Shown in pieces: positions 38,169 to 47,019 of a DNA stretch of 64,000 nt. The position numbers and the translations under genes are program-made. The notes under the pieces were generated by a model that saw nothing but the letters and a program-made list of their open reading frames with translations, was not told the origin of the DNA and did no database searches. Numbering within the stretch: position 1 is the first letter of the stretch; each line of letters opens with the position of its first letter. Source of the stretch: a virus (lineage: Duplodnaviria; Heunggongvirae; Uroviricota; Caudoviricetes); IMG/VR virus record IMGVR_UViG_3300017917_003727; one strand, written 5' to 3'.

Positions 38169-38505
38169 TATTCTGACCCTCTTCGATTCCACACTCATCA
38201 CAAGTACCTGCGGGTAATTCTAAAACATATTGACCTGAACCATTATAATGTTCACAAGGTTCAGTATTACAAGGTTGACAGTTTTTGTGAATCGAAGTTA
38301 TTTTTCTACTTGGGTCAACAAAAATAATATCCAAAGGTGTTATACAGTTTTTCATCCAAAAACTTTGTTCACCATTTTCAGGCATCATAAATAACATACC
38401 ATTAAAATCTTGGTTAAAATTTTGACCCATCATACCTTTTTGAATAGTCTCAGGTGTCATACAAACTCTAACTTTAAAGATATTATCATTTACTAGTACT
38501 CTCAT
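38152..38505 (-). CDS. DUF192-family protein with Cys-rich C-terminus
   Basis: GMLFMM...FWMKN...PLDIIFVD resembles the DUF192 (COG1430) core. Confidence 0.4.
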   Translation of the reverse strand: MRVLVNDNIFKVRVCMTPETIQKGMMGQNFNQDFNGMLFMMPENGEQSFWMKNCITPLDIIFVDPSRKITSIHKNCQPCNTEPCEHYNGSGQYVLELPAGTCDECGIEEGQNIKLTI

Positions 38506-38525
38506 ATTTATTATAAATATAATGT

Positions 38526-38915
38526 ATGAGTAAATACGCTGGTGTAATTGTTAGGTTTGAGAATAAATGTCTTTTGTGTAAAAGGTCACCACATAACGAC
38601 TTTTTACCAAATGTTTGGTCTATACCTTCAGGACACGTTGAAGAAGATGAAAGTGATATATCCGCAGCGGCAAGAGAGTTCTACGAGGAGACAGGATACA
38701 AAGCTAAAAACTTGAGATACATTTCAAAGATGGAAAGTGCTAATGGTAAAGGTGATGTTGCTCTTTTTTTAATGGACGTGAAAAAACCAATTTACCCTGA
38801 TTTAATGGAAGCTAAAGATGGTCATGAACACAGTGAATGTGATTATTTTTCACTTAAAACAATACCACGTACAACAAAGGAACTTAAAAAAGTTTTAGAA
38901 ATTTTGTTGACGTGA
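38526..38915 (+). CDS. NUDIX hydrolase
   Basis: Nudix box GHVEEDESDISAAAREFYEETG. Confidence 0.65.
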   Translation: MSKYAGVIVRFENKCLLCKRSPHNDFLPNVWSIPSGHVEEDESDISAAAREFYEETGYKAKNLRYISKMESANGKGDVALFLMDVKKPIYPDLMEAKDGHEHSECDYFSLKTIPRTTKELKKVLEILLT

Positions 38916-38992
38916 TTTGACTTTTCAAAAATAAAGCTATATTTATTTATCACAATCCCAAAAAGATTTCTTAAAAAAGTTTTCAGGGGGAC

Positions 38993-39023
38993 TTGACAAA
39001 ATCAAAATCCCGTCGTAACTTTG
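38993..39023 (+). promoter_or_regulatory. Promoter TTGACA-N17-TAACTTTG (best match of the conserved module)
   Basis: Perfect -35-like hexamer, 17-nt spacer, -7 box; no ORF downstream for ~1 kb. Confidence 0.55.
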
Positions 39024-39029
39024 TAATCC

Positions 39030-39977
39030 AATTAAGGGAAAATGTTCTTTAACTTATGAATATGTCCAACACAGGACAAAATATAATGGACCCCTCCATC
39101 TATTTCGTTCAGTGTTGATAACAGACATAATTCGGCGGTTTAGCGTCGATACAAGATAACCCCAGCAATGGGACTATAGGGGCGAGAGTTTCAACAGAAC
39201 GGGTAGCTCGGTGTCACGAAAGTGGCTCACAACTAAACAGATTACCTACGGGTAGGTCCTCATGGGCAACAGCTGAGAGGAAATATTCATTCTGACTACG
39301 TGAGGTGTCAGGATTGAGGTGGAGACACCAACAGGAAAAGGTAAAGGGAATGGTTCGACTCAGACGCCAATCTGATGTAGGGCTAGGTCGCCAGTTCATC
39401 ACAGGTATCCAAAGGGTAACCTACCGATATCAAGTTGAACCGTAGTCTTGGCGGATTACAGAAAGGTGAGTGGTATTTCCTTCTTCAAAAGAGAAGCTAG
39501 CCACCTCAGAGCTCATCTTTCATTACACTCACTATGTTGATTTAATTATGAAAAATTAAAACTACAGAAAAGGAAAAGTCTCTGAGCGGTTAAGCTGAAA
39601 GTCACCTAATTCCTCGAGTGGCGACACTAACGGGGAAATTGACAGGACCCCAAGTCCTTCAGTTTTGACTAAGAAAGTCCTAGTACCTGGGCACGGGTTT
39701 AGGGAGTCCGCAAGATTCCATAGAGACGAGTAAAAGTTGAGTAGGATTAACCGATACGAGTGATTGACGTAAACAATCGGTGATGACTCAATACAGATGG
39801 CAACATTTGTGGACAATGTGAAGAACCTCTAGTAAAGGATAATGTCACGAAAGATGGGTCAAGAATACGTGTAGTCTCAGCGTTTCAGCCTTACCACCCC
39901 TTGGATAGTATCTTTGGGCCGACTTCGAAGTTTCAAATGTACACCCCACGATAAACCAATTTCGTGGGGTTTTTTTA
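39030..39977 (+). ncRNA. Candidate large (~950 nt) structured non-coding RNA of unknown class
   Basis: ORF-free on the sense strand, GC ~50% in a 33% GC genome, consensus promoter and intrinsic terminator on the same strand; not recognised as rRNA, tmRNA, RNase P or group II intron by motif inspection. Confidence 0.5.
39944..39977 (+). terminator. Rho-independent terminator
   Basis: CCCCACGA-taaaccaatt-TCGTGGGG then T8. Confidence 0.65.
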
Positions 39978-39987
39978 TTTTATTATC

Positions 39988-40016
39988 TTGACAATGCGAT
40001 AAATAAGAAATATAAT
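39988..40016 (+). promoter_or_regulatory. Sigma-70-consensus-like promoter TTGACA-N17-TATAAT (followed by TAACTTAG)
   Basis: Exact hexamers at exact spacing, 50 nt upstream of the DGQHR gene. Confidence 0.4.
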
Positions 40017-40066
40017 TAACTTAGAAATTTAAAGACCGATTTTGATTGGTAAAAAAATAAATTAAA

Positions 40067-40924
40067 ATGCTTATGACACAATTAATAAATACTGAGGGGG
40101 CTATTGAGTCCCAGTTTAAAGTGGTTGGTCAAGTTTACGAAACTGACAATTATTCACTTTTTGGTTACATCAAAGGTAACCGCGAAATTAGTTCTTCGAA
40201 CCTAAAAAAAGTTACAGAATCACTAAAGAAAAGAAGAATCAAAGAAACTTCAATTCTTGTTGGTTATGTTCCTGATGACAAGGATGGAAAAATCTTCCAT
40301 ATTTTGGACGGACAACATAGATTTGAGTCCTGTAAAAAATTAGGATTACCTATCAGTTTTGTCGTATATGAGGATTATAATCCAAGTGATATGGATAAAT
40401 CTTTGGGTGTTATTGAACTATTAAACACAGCATCCAAAACTTGGGATGTTAGTAACTTTATGATTTCCAAGGCAATTATTGGAAACGTAAATTATCAAAG
40501 ATATGCGGAACTTTACAATAAGTACCCAATCGAACATGAAGTAATTTTCTACATCTTTGCTGAAATTACAAAAAAGAAAACCAACTTTAACGAGTTCAAA
40601 GAAGGAAAATTTGAACTAACTGAAGAACAAGCGAAAAAGATTGATGAAAAACTTAAGTTTTTGACTAATTTTTCCGCTAAAATAGCAAATAAATCAGGTA
40701 AAAGATATTACTACAAAGCTTTAATAGATGCTTCTATGTCCCCTAATTTATTGGTAGACCGACTTATCGAAAGATTCAACGATGAAAAATTTGACCCATC
40801 ACCTGTCACCAAAATATGTGAAGCTATCAAAATAATTCGTAAAAGATACAATGGTAGAGACAGTCATAAAATGGAACTGATAACTGGTAAACACGATAGA
40901 TTAAAACCAATATTTGTTGGTTAA
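40067..40924 (+). CDS. DGQHR-motif ParB-like domain protein (DndB-related fold)
   Basis: HILDGQHRFES motif in a ParB/Srx-like N-terminal domain. Confidence 0.5.
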   Translation: MLMTQLINTEGAIESQFKVVGQVYETDNYSLFGYIKGNREISSSNLKKVTESLKKRRIKETSILVGYVPDDKDGKIFHILDGQHRFESCKKLGLPISFVVYEDYNPSDMDKSLGVIELLNTASKTWDVSNFMISKAIIGNVNYQRYAELYNKYPIEHEVIFYIFAEITKKKTNFNEFKEGKFELTEEQAKKIDEKLKFLTNFSAKIANKSGKRYYYKALIDASMSPNLLVDRLIERFNDEKFDPSPVTKICEAIKIIRKRYNGRDSHKMELITGKHDRLKPIFVG

Positions 40925-40931
40925 AATAAAA

Positions 40932-40956
40932 CCCCTCACAAACGAGGGGTTTTTTA
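40932..40956 (+). terminator. Rho-independent terminator
   Basis: CCCCTC-acaaac-GAGGGG then T6. Confidence 0.6.
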
Positions 40957-40957
40957 T

Positions 40958-40988
40958 TTGGTAATATCAAAACTTTTTTATAACTTTG
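40958..40988 (+). promoter_or_regulatory. Promoter TTGGTA-N17-TAACTTTG, ATG 4 nt downstream
   Basis: Conserved module. Confidence 0.5.
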
Positions 40989-40992
40989 TATT

Positions 40993-41259
40993 ATGACTCA
41001 CTACCAACTCAATTTTGTACATCCTGTGTTAGGTGAATTGACATCTCCAACATTCACCGACCAAACACAATTCCGTATATTCTGTAAGATGGTTCAGGCT
41101 TCCTTGGCTTTGAAACAAGACCTTACAACCTATGACGCACAGGATTTGTTTATCCATATTCCTTACAAGGTATTGGTTGAATCTGTTGTTGTATCTAAAG
41201 TAAATGGGTTGAACTTGGCTGACTACGTAAAAGAAAAAGCAAAGATAGCTACTCAATAA
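40993..41259 (+). CDS. Hypothetical protein (leaderless-type start)
   Basis: 88-aa ORF. Confidence 0.4.
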   Translation: MTHYQLNFVHPVLGELTSPTFTDQTQFRIFCKMVQASLALKQDLTTYDAQDLFIHIPYKVLVESVVVSKVNGLNLADYVKEKAKIATQ

Positions 41260-41986
41260 TGAACGGTATTTCATTACGATAGGGTCTTGTTAATTCTGGG
41301 TCCGTCATTCCTACATGGTGACTATCACCATAGTCAGTATCTCGATGGTCTGGATTATAATTCCAAAAGTCATCTTTAATTTTTTCAACAAACTCGTCAA
41401 GAAGTTCTTGATTGTCCGCTTCGGCTGAAAAATCAACGCTCCAAAATGCGTATTCTGTTTGTTCTCTTTCTTCAATCCAATTAAACGAATATCTTATAAA
41501 TCTTGAAATAGGTGTTGAAGTTGATATTTCTTTACCATAATTGTCATTAGCACATAACACATATTGCATGTAAGCATCATCATCGGCTCCCCTATTACCA
41601 ATATTCAAATATCTTTTCAAACTTTTAAGTACTGATATTGAATGTCCTTTTAAATAATCACCATTATAGTAACTTTCACTAAGTTGTGATAGTTCTTCCT
41701 GACTGTAATTGTCCAAAAAAAACTCAACTATAAAAACTTCTTTTTCGGTAAGTGTGGGTCTACTTGAAGACTCAGATTCAAGTAAAGAAACCATAGACAT
41801 TGGTTTTGTCTTTCTTTGTTTGTTTACCAATTTAAATGTATCACTTTCAGTTATTTCAATATTTTGACCTGAGAACATATCTCTACCAATCCATACATTA
41901 TTATTACTTTCAACAAGTTTTACAACCCTTGAACCTTTGGATTCACAAAACAATACATCATTTTTTCTTAAACTTCCGAAACTCAT
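41249..41986 (-). CDS. Hypothetical protein
   Basis: 245-aa minus-strand ORF. Confidence 0.4.
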   Translation of the reverse strand: MSFGSLRKNDVLFCESKGSRVVKLVESNNNVWIGRDMFSGQNIEITESDTFKLVNKQRKTKPMSMVSLLESESSSRPTLTEKEVFIVEFFLDNYSQEELSQLSESYYNGDYLKGHSISVLKSLKRYLNIGNRGADDDAYMQYVLCANDNYGKEISTSTPISRFIRYSFNWIEEREQTEYAFWSVDFSAEADNQELLDEFVEKIKDDFWNYNPDHRDTDYGDSHHVGMTDPELTRPYRNEIPFIIE

Positions 41987-41999
41987 TTCATATAAATAT

Positions 42000-42030
42000 T
42001 TGACTATTCAATAAATGTTTAATAACTTTG
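42000..42030 (+). promoter_or_regulatory. Promoter TTGACT-N17-TAACTTTG, ATG 4 nt downstream
   Basis: Conserved module. Confidence 0.5.
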
Positions 42031-42034
42031 TATT

Positions 42035-42307
42035 ATGAGAGACCTAACCATACAAGACGTAATGGACAAAAGAATGGTTCACCCTTTGGGTGGATACCAA
42101 TCTCGATTTGAGGTTGGCGAATATGAAGTGTCAGTTGTTGGTGGAAGACACGGATTATACGGTGATTTTGAAACCACTTTCGAACTTGCAATTTTTGACA
42201 AAAATGGTGAATTTGTCACGGAAGAATTTGTAAAGAGAGGAAATGGTGACGTTGAGGGTTGGCTCGACAAGGAACAGTTGATGGATATAATTAACTCAAT
42301 TCCTTAA
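42035..42307 (+). CDS. Hypothetical protein (leaderless-type start)
   Basis: 90-aa ORF. Confidence 0.4.
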   Translation: MRDLTIQDVMDKRMVHPLGGYQSRFEVGEYEVSVVGGRHGLYGDFETTFELAIFDKNGEFVTEEFVKRGNGDVEGWLDKEQLMDIINSIP

Positions 42308-42362
42308 GTTTCTTGTTTCTTAAAAACAAGTGGTGGAATCTGAACTATCCGTTCAGCCCTAA

Positions 42363-42388
42363 GGGTGGAATTATTCCACCCTTTTTTT
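42363..42388 (+). terminator. Rho-independent terminator (third of three tandem hairpins, 42312-42388)
   Basis: GGGTGGAAT-t-ATTCCACCC then T7; preceded by CTTGTTT/AAACAAG and CTGAAC/GTTCAG hairpins. Confidence 0.55.
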
Positions 42389-42401
42389 ATATTTATATGT
42401 A

Positions 42402-42812
42402 ATGGAAAATGAAAATGTAGTTGTATATCCAAGTCAGTTTGACCCGAGTATTCAGGTTATGGTTATATTTCCTGGTCATGAAAACTATGACGGGTTAAAA
42501 CCTTTGTTTGATGAATTAGGTTTTGGGTTTGTTGCACCTGAGGAAAACCTTGTTATTATTAATGGTGATATATTAGGTTCAGAAGATAATTTGGATATAG
42601 ATATTTTGAGATTTATTGAAGCTCACGAACTAGCTCACACAATGTTAAAACACAATACAAGAAATCCTGATGATGAAAAAGATGCTGACCTTTATGCTTT
42701 TATATTATTGGGTGGAAAGAACTACGACACAGCTCAGGAGTATTTGGTTGACAGTTTTGAAGAAAGACATGGTGAACCATTTGATATATCCATGATTGAA
42801 AAATTCAGGTAA
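42402..42812 (+). CDS. Putative zincin-like metallopeptidase (HExxH; ImmA/IrrE or SprT-like)
   Basis: HELAHTMLKH motif in a 136-aa protein. Confidence 0.3.
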   Translation: MENENVVVYPSQFDPSIQVMVIFPGHENYDGLKPLFDELGFGFVAPEENLVIINGDILGSEDNLDIDILRFIEAHELAHTMLKHNTRNPDDEKDADLYAFILLGGKNYDTAQEYLVDSFEERHGEPFDISMIEKFR

Positions 42813-42829
42813 TTTATTATATTTCTTGT

Positions 42830-43255
42830 ATGGAAGAAAGTGAAATCTGTTTAGATTTTATAAAGAATTTTTATTGGATTACAGTTACATCTGATGGTGA
42901 CAAGATGATAATTTTTCACGACTGTTTAGAAGTGTCCAAGACAAATAAATTAAAGTGGATTGGTGCGGTAATGGGTGTTGATATATTTTTGATTTGGGAT
43001 AAAGCAGAAAAGATTACAACAATTAATATTGATAGAAAAGATAATGTAAAAACAATATCGGCAATCACTAAAAGTTTTAAGAACCCTCAAACATTCTCAT
43101 TTATAAAATATTTGATTGATAGTTTTGATAAATACAACAGAAAAGTTTCAATGCCGTTAGAAGAAATTAAAGAAGAATTTCCTTTATTGTTTTTAGGTGA
43201 AGAAATAAAAGAAAATCCAATATTCTTTAGTGATATTATCAGAGATTATGCTTAA
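42830..43255 (+). CDS. Hypothetical protein
   Basis: 141-aa ORF preceded by TATATTTC-ttgt-ATG. Confidence 0.4.
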   Translation: MEESEICLDFIKNFYWITVTSDGDKMIIFHDCLEVSKTNKLKWIGAVMGVDIFLIWDKAEKITTINIDRKDNVKTISAITKSFKNPQTFSFIKYLIDSFDKYNRKVSMPLEEIKEEFPLLFLGEEIKENPIFFSDIIRDYA

Positions 43256-43876
43256 TTATTTATCTTCAGTGATATTGTAATAAAAACTATCCGTATCTTC
43301 TGTAACCCATCTGTCGGCAACATTTTCGATTGACGGTAATTTTGTATCCACTTTAAATTGTTTTAAATTTGTTGGTAATTGTTTGGTGACCCAATTAGAA
43401 TCTTTCCAAAAAATTCTGTTGTTTGGCATACACAAAAGATAACCATCATCACTTTTTAAAATGTGACCACATTTATAATCTGATGGTTCATCACTATATG
43501 GATTATCAAACCAATCAACTGTGAACATGTATTCACACCATACTTTATTACCATCCCTTAAAACTACTTGTGCTCTGTGATATTTTAAAAAATCATATGT
43601 AACTACATTTACATTTTCAGAAAAACAATCCCATAACTGTTTGTAAAAAAATGGGACATCATTTTTTGGTTCCTCAATATATATTTCCGATAAAGGAACT
43701 CTACTCCTTACCATTCCGTGGTCAGTCATTACATGAAATGTTAATATTTTACCTGTTATTGATTGTACTCCGAAACAATAAACATCATAAAATTCTGTGT
43801 CTTCCTCATTCTTTGTAAAGTAAGATTTTTTTACTTTGGCCTTGAATTGAGGTATATTTGAATTTAGTTTACTCAT
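43256..43876 (-). CDS. Hypothetical protein
   Basis: 206-aa minus-strand ORF. Confidence 0.4.
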   Translation of the reverse strand: MSKLNSNIPQFKAKVKKSYFTKNEEDTEFYDVYCFGVQSITGKILTFHVMTDHGMVRSRVPLSEIYIEEPKNDVPFFYKQLWDCFSENVNVVTYDFLKYHRAQVVLRDGNKVWCEYMFTVDWFDNPYSDEPSDYKCGHILKSDDGYLLCMPNNRIFWKDSNWVTKQLPTNLKQFKVDTKLPSIENVADRWVTEDTDSFYYNITEDK

Positions 43877-44138
43877 AAAATTGTATTTTAATTTTTAAGT
43901 CATCTGACCCACGTTTTATTCTGTGATAAATACCTTTTGGTATTTTGATTTCATCTCCAACTTTAAGAGTTATTGGTAAGTCATCATCCATTTGAAATTG
44001 CCAATTAGTTCCTTCAAGTATTGTCACTTTTCTGTTTTCATTGTCAAAGTGCCATTTTAACTCATCAGTTTCAACATCTTTAGAAAAGATGCGTATCCAA
44101 TAGTTCTCAAACTTTTCTTGTGAGAATGGTAGTTCCAT
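43869..44138 (-). CDS. Small hypothetical protein (possible cupin-like fold)
   Basis: 89-aa ORF; W.HFD...ILEG...GDEIKIPKGIYHRI pattern. Confidence 0.3.
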   Translation of the reverse strand: MELPFSQEKFENYWIRIFSKDVETDELKWHFDNENRKVTILEGTNWQFQMDDDLPITLKVGDEIKIPKGIYHRIKRGSDDLKIKIQFYE

Positions 44139-44156
44139 AAATAAATTATAATTCGA

Positions 44157-44789
44157 TTACCAAGAAGCTGAAGACTTCAATCCAAGTTGTTTGGCATATC
44201 TACCAACGTTACACGCCCAATAACCTGCAGTTGTCCTGTCTTTCTTTTGGTCACATTTGTGACGAGCTCTAAATGATTTAGCGGCTTTCTTATTTGCGTT
44301 TCTAACTCTAAGACCAGGGTAACCAAAAGTAACCTTTTTTACGTTACCTCCTTTACTCTTTACGTATACCGCAAATTTCTTTGGACCACCTGGTGTTCTA
44401 AACGGCCTATTTAATGTAACTTTTTTACCTCTGTGTAATGCTTCACTCAACCATTCAACATCTTCTTCAGTAACAACCTCTTCAATAAAAGGAGCATCCA
44501 AATAAATTACCGAACCATCTTTCAATACTACCGACTCACCTAAATCAGTTTCAATTAAACCTAAGTCATCTTCGTTTAATTTAATTAGACCCTCATTATG
44601 AAGTTCTCTTACTTCATTAACAAGTTCAAAGTATTTTTTTGAATATACTCTAAATACGTTTTCAGTTAATGATAGATTTTCTTGGATGTGGTATCTTAAA
44701 TTATCAGATACATCAATATCTTCTGTTAATACTAAAGATTTGTTTTGTTCTTTTAGTAATGATTCGTGTAATATTTGTTTTAGGTTCAT
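44157..44789 (-). CDS. Hypothetical protein with basic C-terminal region
   Basis: 210-aa minus-strand ORF. Confidence 0.4.
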   Translation of the reverse strand: MNLKQILHESLLKEQNKSLVLTEDIDVSDNLRYHIQENLSLTENVFRVYSKKYFELVNEVRELHNEGLIKLNEDDLGLIETDLGESVVLKDGSVIYLDAPFIEEVVTEEDVEWLSEALHRGKKVTLNRPFRTPGGPKKFAVYVKSKGGNVKKVTFGYPGLRVRNANKKAAKSFRARHKCDQKKDRTTAGYWACNVGRYAKQLGLKSSASW

Positions 44790-44790
44790 A

Positions 44791-45366
44791 TTATAATAGC
44801 TCTTTAATTTTTTTATCTACAAGTTCTTTCATCATAAATAGTTTCTTAAGTTTATCTTCTCTACTTTCAGAAACATTTTCTATTGATTCTTTCAAATCTT
44901 TAATCTCTTCAAATTTAAATATATTCCAATCATTTATTTCATAATGTGCATCTTCCTCGTTAATAAACTCTCCGTCATTTGGATAGAAATCGCCAGTATC
45001 ATAGTGCCACCACAATGAATTTATTGAGAATAACTCTTTTTGGTAACGATAGTATTCATAACCTGATTTATGAAAAGTACATTCTGTTTCTATTTTAAAT
45101 GCTTTTAATTCAGGAATTTTTATGTTATTTTCTGTTAAGTTACCATTTTTAATTAAATCGTAGTTATCAAGATAAACATGATATATAAAATCGACATCGG
45201 CCTCATACAAATCAAAAACTCTTCTTGTAGTTCTGATTTGGTTATTAAATTCATCAATAGACATTCTTTCGTACTTACTAATTTTGTTAAACATATCAGG
45301 AGTTATTCCGTCCTCCTCGATTAAGAATTCTATGATTGAAATTATGTTATCCTTAGATAAATCCAT
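44791..45366 (-). CDS. Hypothetical protein
   Basis: 191-aa minus-strand ORF. Confidence 0.4.
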   Translation of the reverse strand: MDLSKDNIISIIEFLIEEDGITPDMFNKISKYERMSIDEFNNQIRTTRRVFDLYEADVDFIYHVYLDNYDLIKNGNLTENNIKIPELKAFKIETECTFHKSGYEYYRYQKELFSINSLWWHYDTGDFYPNDGEFINEEDAHYEINDWNIFKFEEIKDLKESIENVSESREDKLKKLFMMKELVDKKIKELL

Positions 45367-45387
45367 AATGATAAATATTTAATAAGT

Positions 45388-46164
45388 ATGGAATTTCCAC
45401 TTGACGAATTAATAGAGATATTTTCATCTGAACTACACCCAAATAATGACCTAAGAACGGTTAAAGATTTAATCTTTAGGCACCCTCTGATGAAGAGTGA
45501 ATATCAAAGTATGTCACTTGAGCAATTGGCACTATTGATATACAGTGTATATTTTGTTTCCAACGGTAGAAAAGTTGAAGTATTAAACAGATTAAGAGAA
45601 AATATAGTTTTTTACATCGTTTGTGACTTTGATTATAGTTACCCAAAAACTGTAAGTTGTGATACTTGCGACGGTGATGGTTATACAGATTGTAGTGGAT
45701 GTGACGGAAGTGGTGAAGTTTCATGTAGTGAATGTGATGGTGAAGGAAGTAGGGAGGTTGAAGATGATGAATGGGAAGATTGTGAGGTATGTAACGGTAA
45801 TGGTGAAGTTTCATGTAGAGAATGTAACGGAAGTGGTAAAGAAACTTGTTATGACTGTGATGGAAATGGTGAGATAGAAAGAGGTGAAGAAATTGATTAT
45901 AGAAATTTATTATATGTGTCAATATTACCTTTATCTGTTATAGAAAAAATGAAACAACAGGATGGAGACCTAACAACTGAATTCAACGAAGAGTTTGAAC
46001 AAGTGTCCAGACTAACTCTAATTTTAGATAGAGACGCATACTCCCGTGCTATTGATGATGATAGTTATTATTGGAGGGATGTGGAAGAAGGTACCGAAAT
46101 GTTTTATGGAGTTGTAGATGGAGAACTAAAAGTAACTGAAGTAGATTATCCAGAATTTAATTAA
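45388..46164 (+). CDS. Protein with six tandem CxxCxGxG (DnaJ-type zinc-finger) motifs
   Basis: CDTCDGDG, CSGCDGSG, CSECDGEG, CEVCNGNG, CRECNGSG, CYDCDGNG; internal near-exact DNA duplication. Confidence 0.5.
   Translation: MEFPLDELIEIFSSELHPNNDLRTVKDLIFRHPLMKSEYQSMSLEQLALLIYSVYFVSNGRKVEVLNRLRENIVFYIVCDFDYSYPKTVSCDTCDGDGYTDCSGCDGSGEVSCSECDGEGSREVEDDEWEDCEVCNGNGEVSCRECNGSGKETCYDCDGNGEIERGEEIDYRNLLYVSILPLSVIEKMKQQDGDLTTEFNEEFEQVSRLTLILDRDAYSRAIDDDSYYWRDVEEGTEMFYGVVDGELKVTEVDYPEFN
45711..45825 (+). repeat. Intragenic direct duplication (ggtgaagtttcatgtagNgaatgt)
   Basis: Two ~25-nt near-identical copies 90 nt apart, in frame. Confidence 0.45.
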
Positions 46165-46577
46165 TAGATATCCATCTTAATCCAAGGAATAATGTGCGGC
46201 ATCCTAAAAAACTCAAAAAATAATTTAATTTCTGCGTACAGTTGATTTTGCCAATTATATTTGACAATAGAGTCGGATATAATATCTGCAAATTTTTCTT
46301 TATCTATTTTATCAACTTTCATGAGATTCGAAAAACTAATTTTAAGAAAAACAGTTGAATCTTTACTCCAAACACTAATGGGCACATACTGAAAAGTTTT
46401 GTACTTTTCAAGTTCTTCGTCAATTTGTTCAAAATAATTACCCATAGTAATTTCGCCAACCTCAAAAAGGTCTCCATAATTATCAGAAAAATATTCTTTT
46501 ATAAAGTCTTTATAAGCTTGAACAAACTCTTCTTTATCTAAGTTAGCGTATTCTTCTCTATTTAAGTTTTTTGCCAT
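46161..46577 (-). CDS. Hypothetical protein
   Basis: 138-aa minus-strand ORF. Confidence 0.4.
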   Translation of the reverse strand: MAKNLNREEYANLDKEEFVQAYKDFIKEYFSDNYGDLFEVGEITMGNYFEQIDEELEKYKTFQYVPISVWSKDSTVFLKISFSNLMKVDKIDKEKFADIISDSIVKYNWQNQLYAEIKLFFEFFRMPHIIPWIKMDIY

Positions 46578-46710
46578 ATCTTTATAAATATAGAAAAAAA
46601 TAGTATATTTGTATTATGGCTGATATAGTTTTAGTAAGTGCGTTAACATTATTTCATCTATACATGTTGTCGGCAGTAAAAGACAAAGAAAAACGTTAAT
46701 ATTTATTGTT

Positions 46711-46992
46711 ATGAATCCAGAGATAGAACAAAAATACACAGGTGATACTGAAGACAGAGTAATGAATTATTTACGCAGAAATCATCCTGTCCATGAAATA
46801 AGATTGAAAGGATTCGAAAAACCATTCAAATCAATATCGATTGATGATAAACTCAGACCTTTAAACAGTAAAAAATATATAGTAAACTTACTGTTTCAAG
46901 AAATAGAATATTCTGAAAAATTCAAAGATGTTGAAGAAAGAGTAATCAGGAGAACAATCAAAAAATATATAGATTATTTGATGCTTGATTAA
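46711..46992 (+). CDS. Hypothetical protein
   Basis: 93-aa ORF. Confidence 0.35.
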   Translation: MNPEIEQKYTGDTEDRVMNYLRRNHPVHEIRLKGFEKPFKSISIDDKLRPLNSKKYIVNLLFQEIEYSEKFKDVEERVIRRTIKKYIDYLMLD

Positions 46993-47019
46993 GTAAATTC
47001 TTTTTTTTAGAATTGGAAC

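Noticed and set aside
39214-39816. Minus-strand ORFs 39214-39402 (62 aa) and 39562-39816 (84 aa) inside the GC-rich region
   Set aside because: They lie antisense to a promoter/terminator-defined plus-strand unit. GC-rich sequence has few stop codons by chance. The peptides are low-complexity with no start context. They are treated as spurious in favour of an ncRNA interpretation.
38916-40066. Group II intron, tmRNA, RNase P RNA or rRNA-fragment explanations for the large RNA
   Set aside because: No domain V consensus and no downstream RT/maturase ORF. No tRNA-like 3' end with CCA context paired to a GGGG 5' end. No RNase P CR-I/CR-IV boxes (GGAAAGTCCGGGCTCC-like). No 16S/23S universal motifs. 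Rejected only by eye; this should be re-tested with covariance models.
45476-45922. Minus-strand His-rich ORF (148 aa) antisense to the CxxCxGxG-repeat gene
   Set aside because: It is an antisense artefact of the GT/GA-rich repeats of the sense gene (Cys/Gly codons read as His/Thr on the opposite strand). The sense gene has clear repeated zinc-finger motifs.
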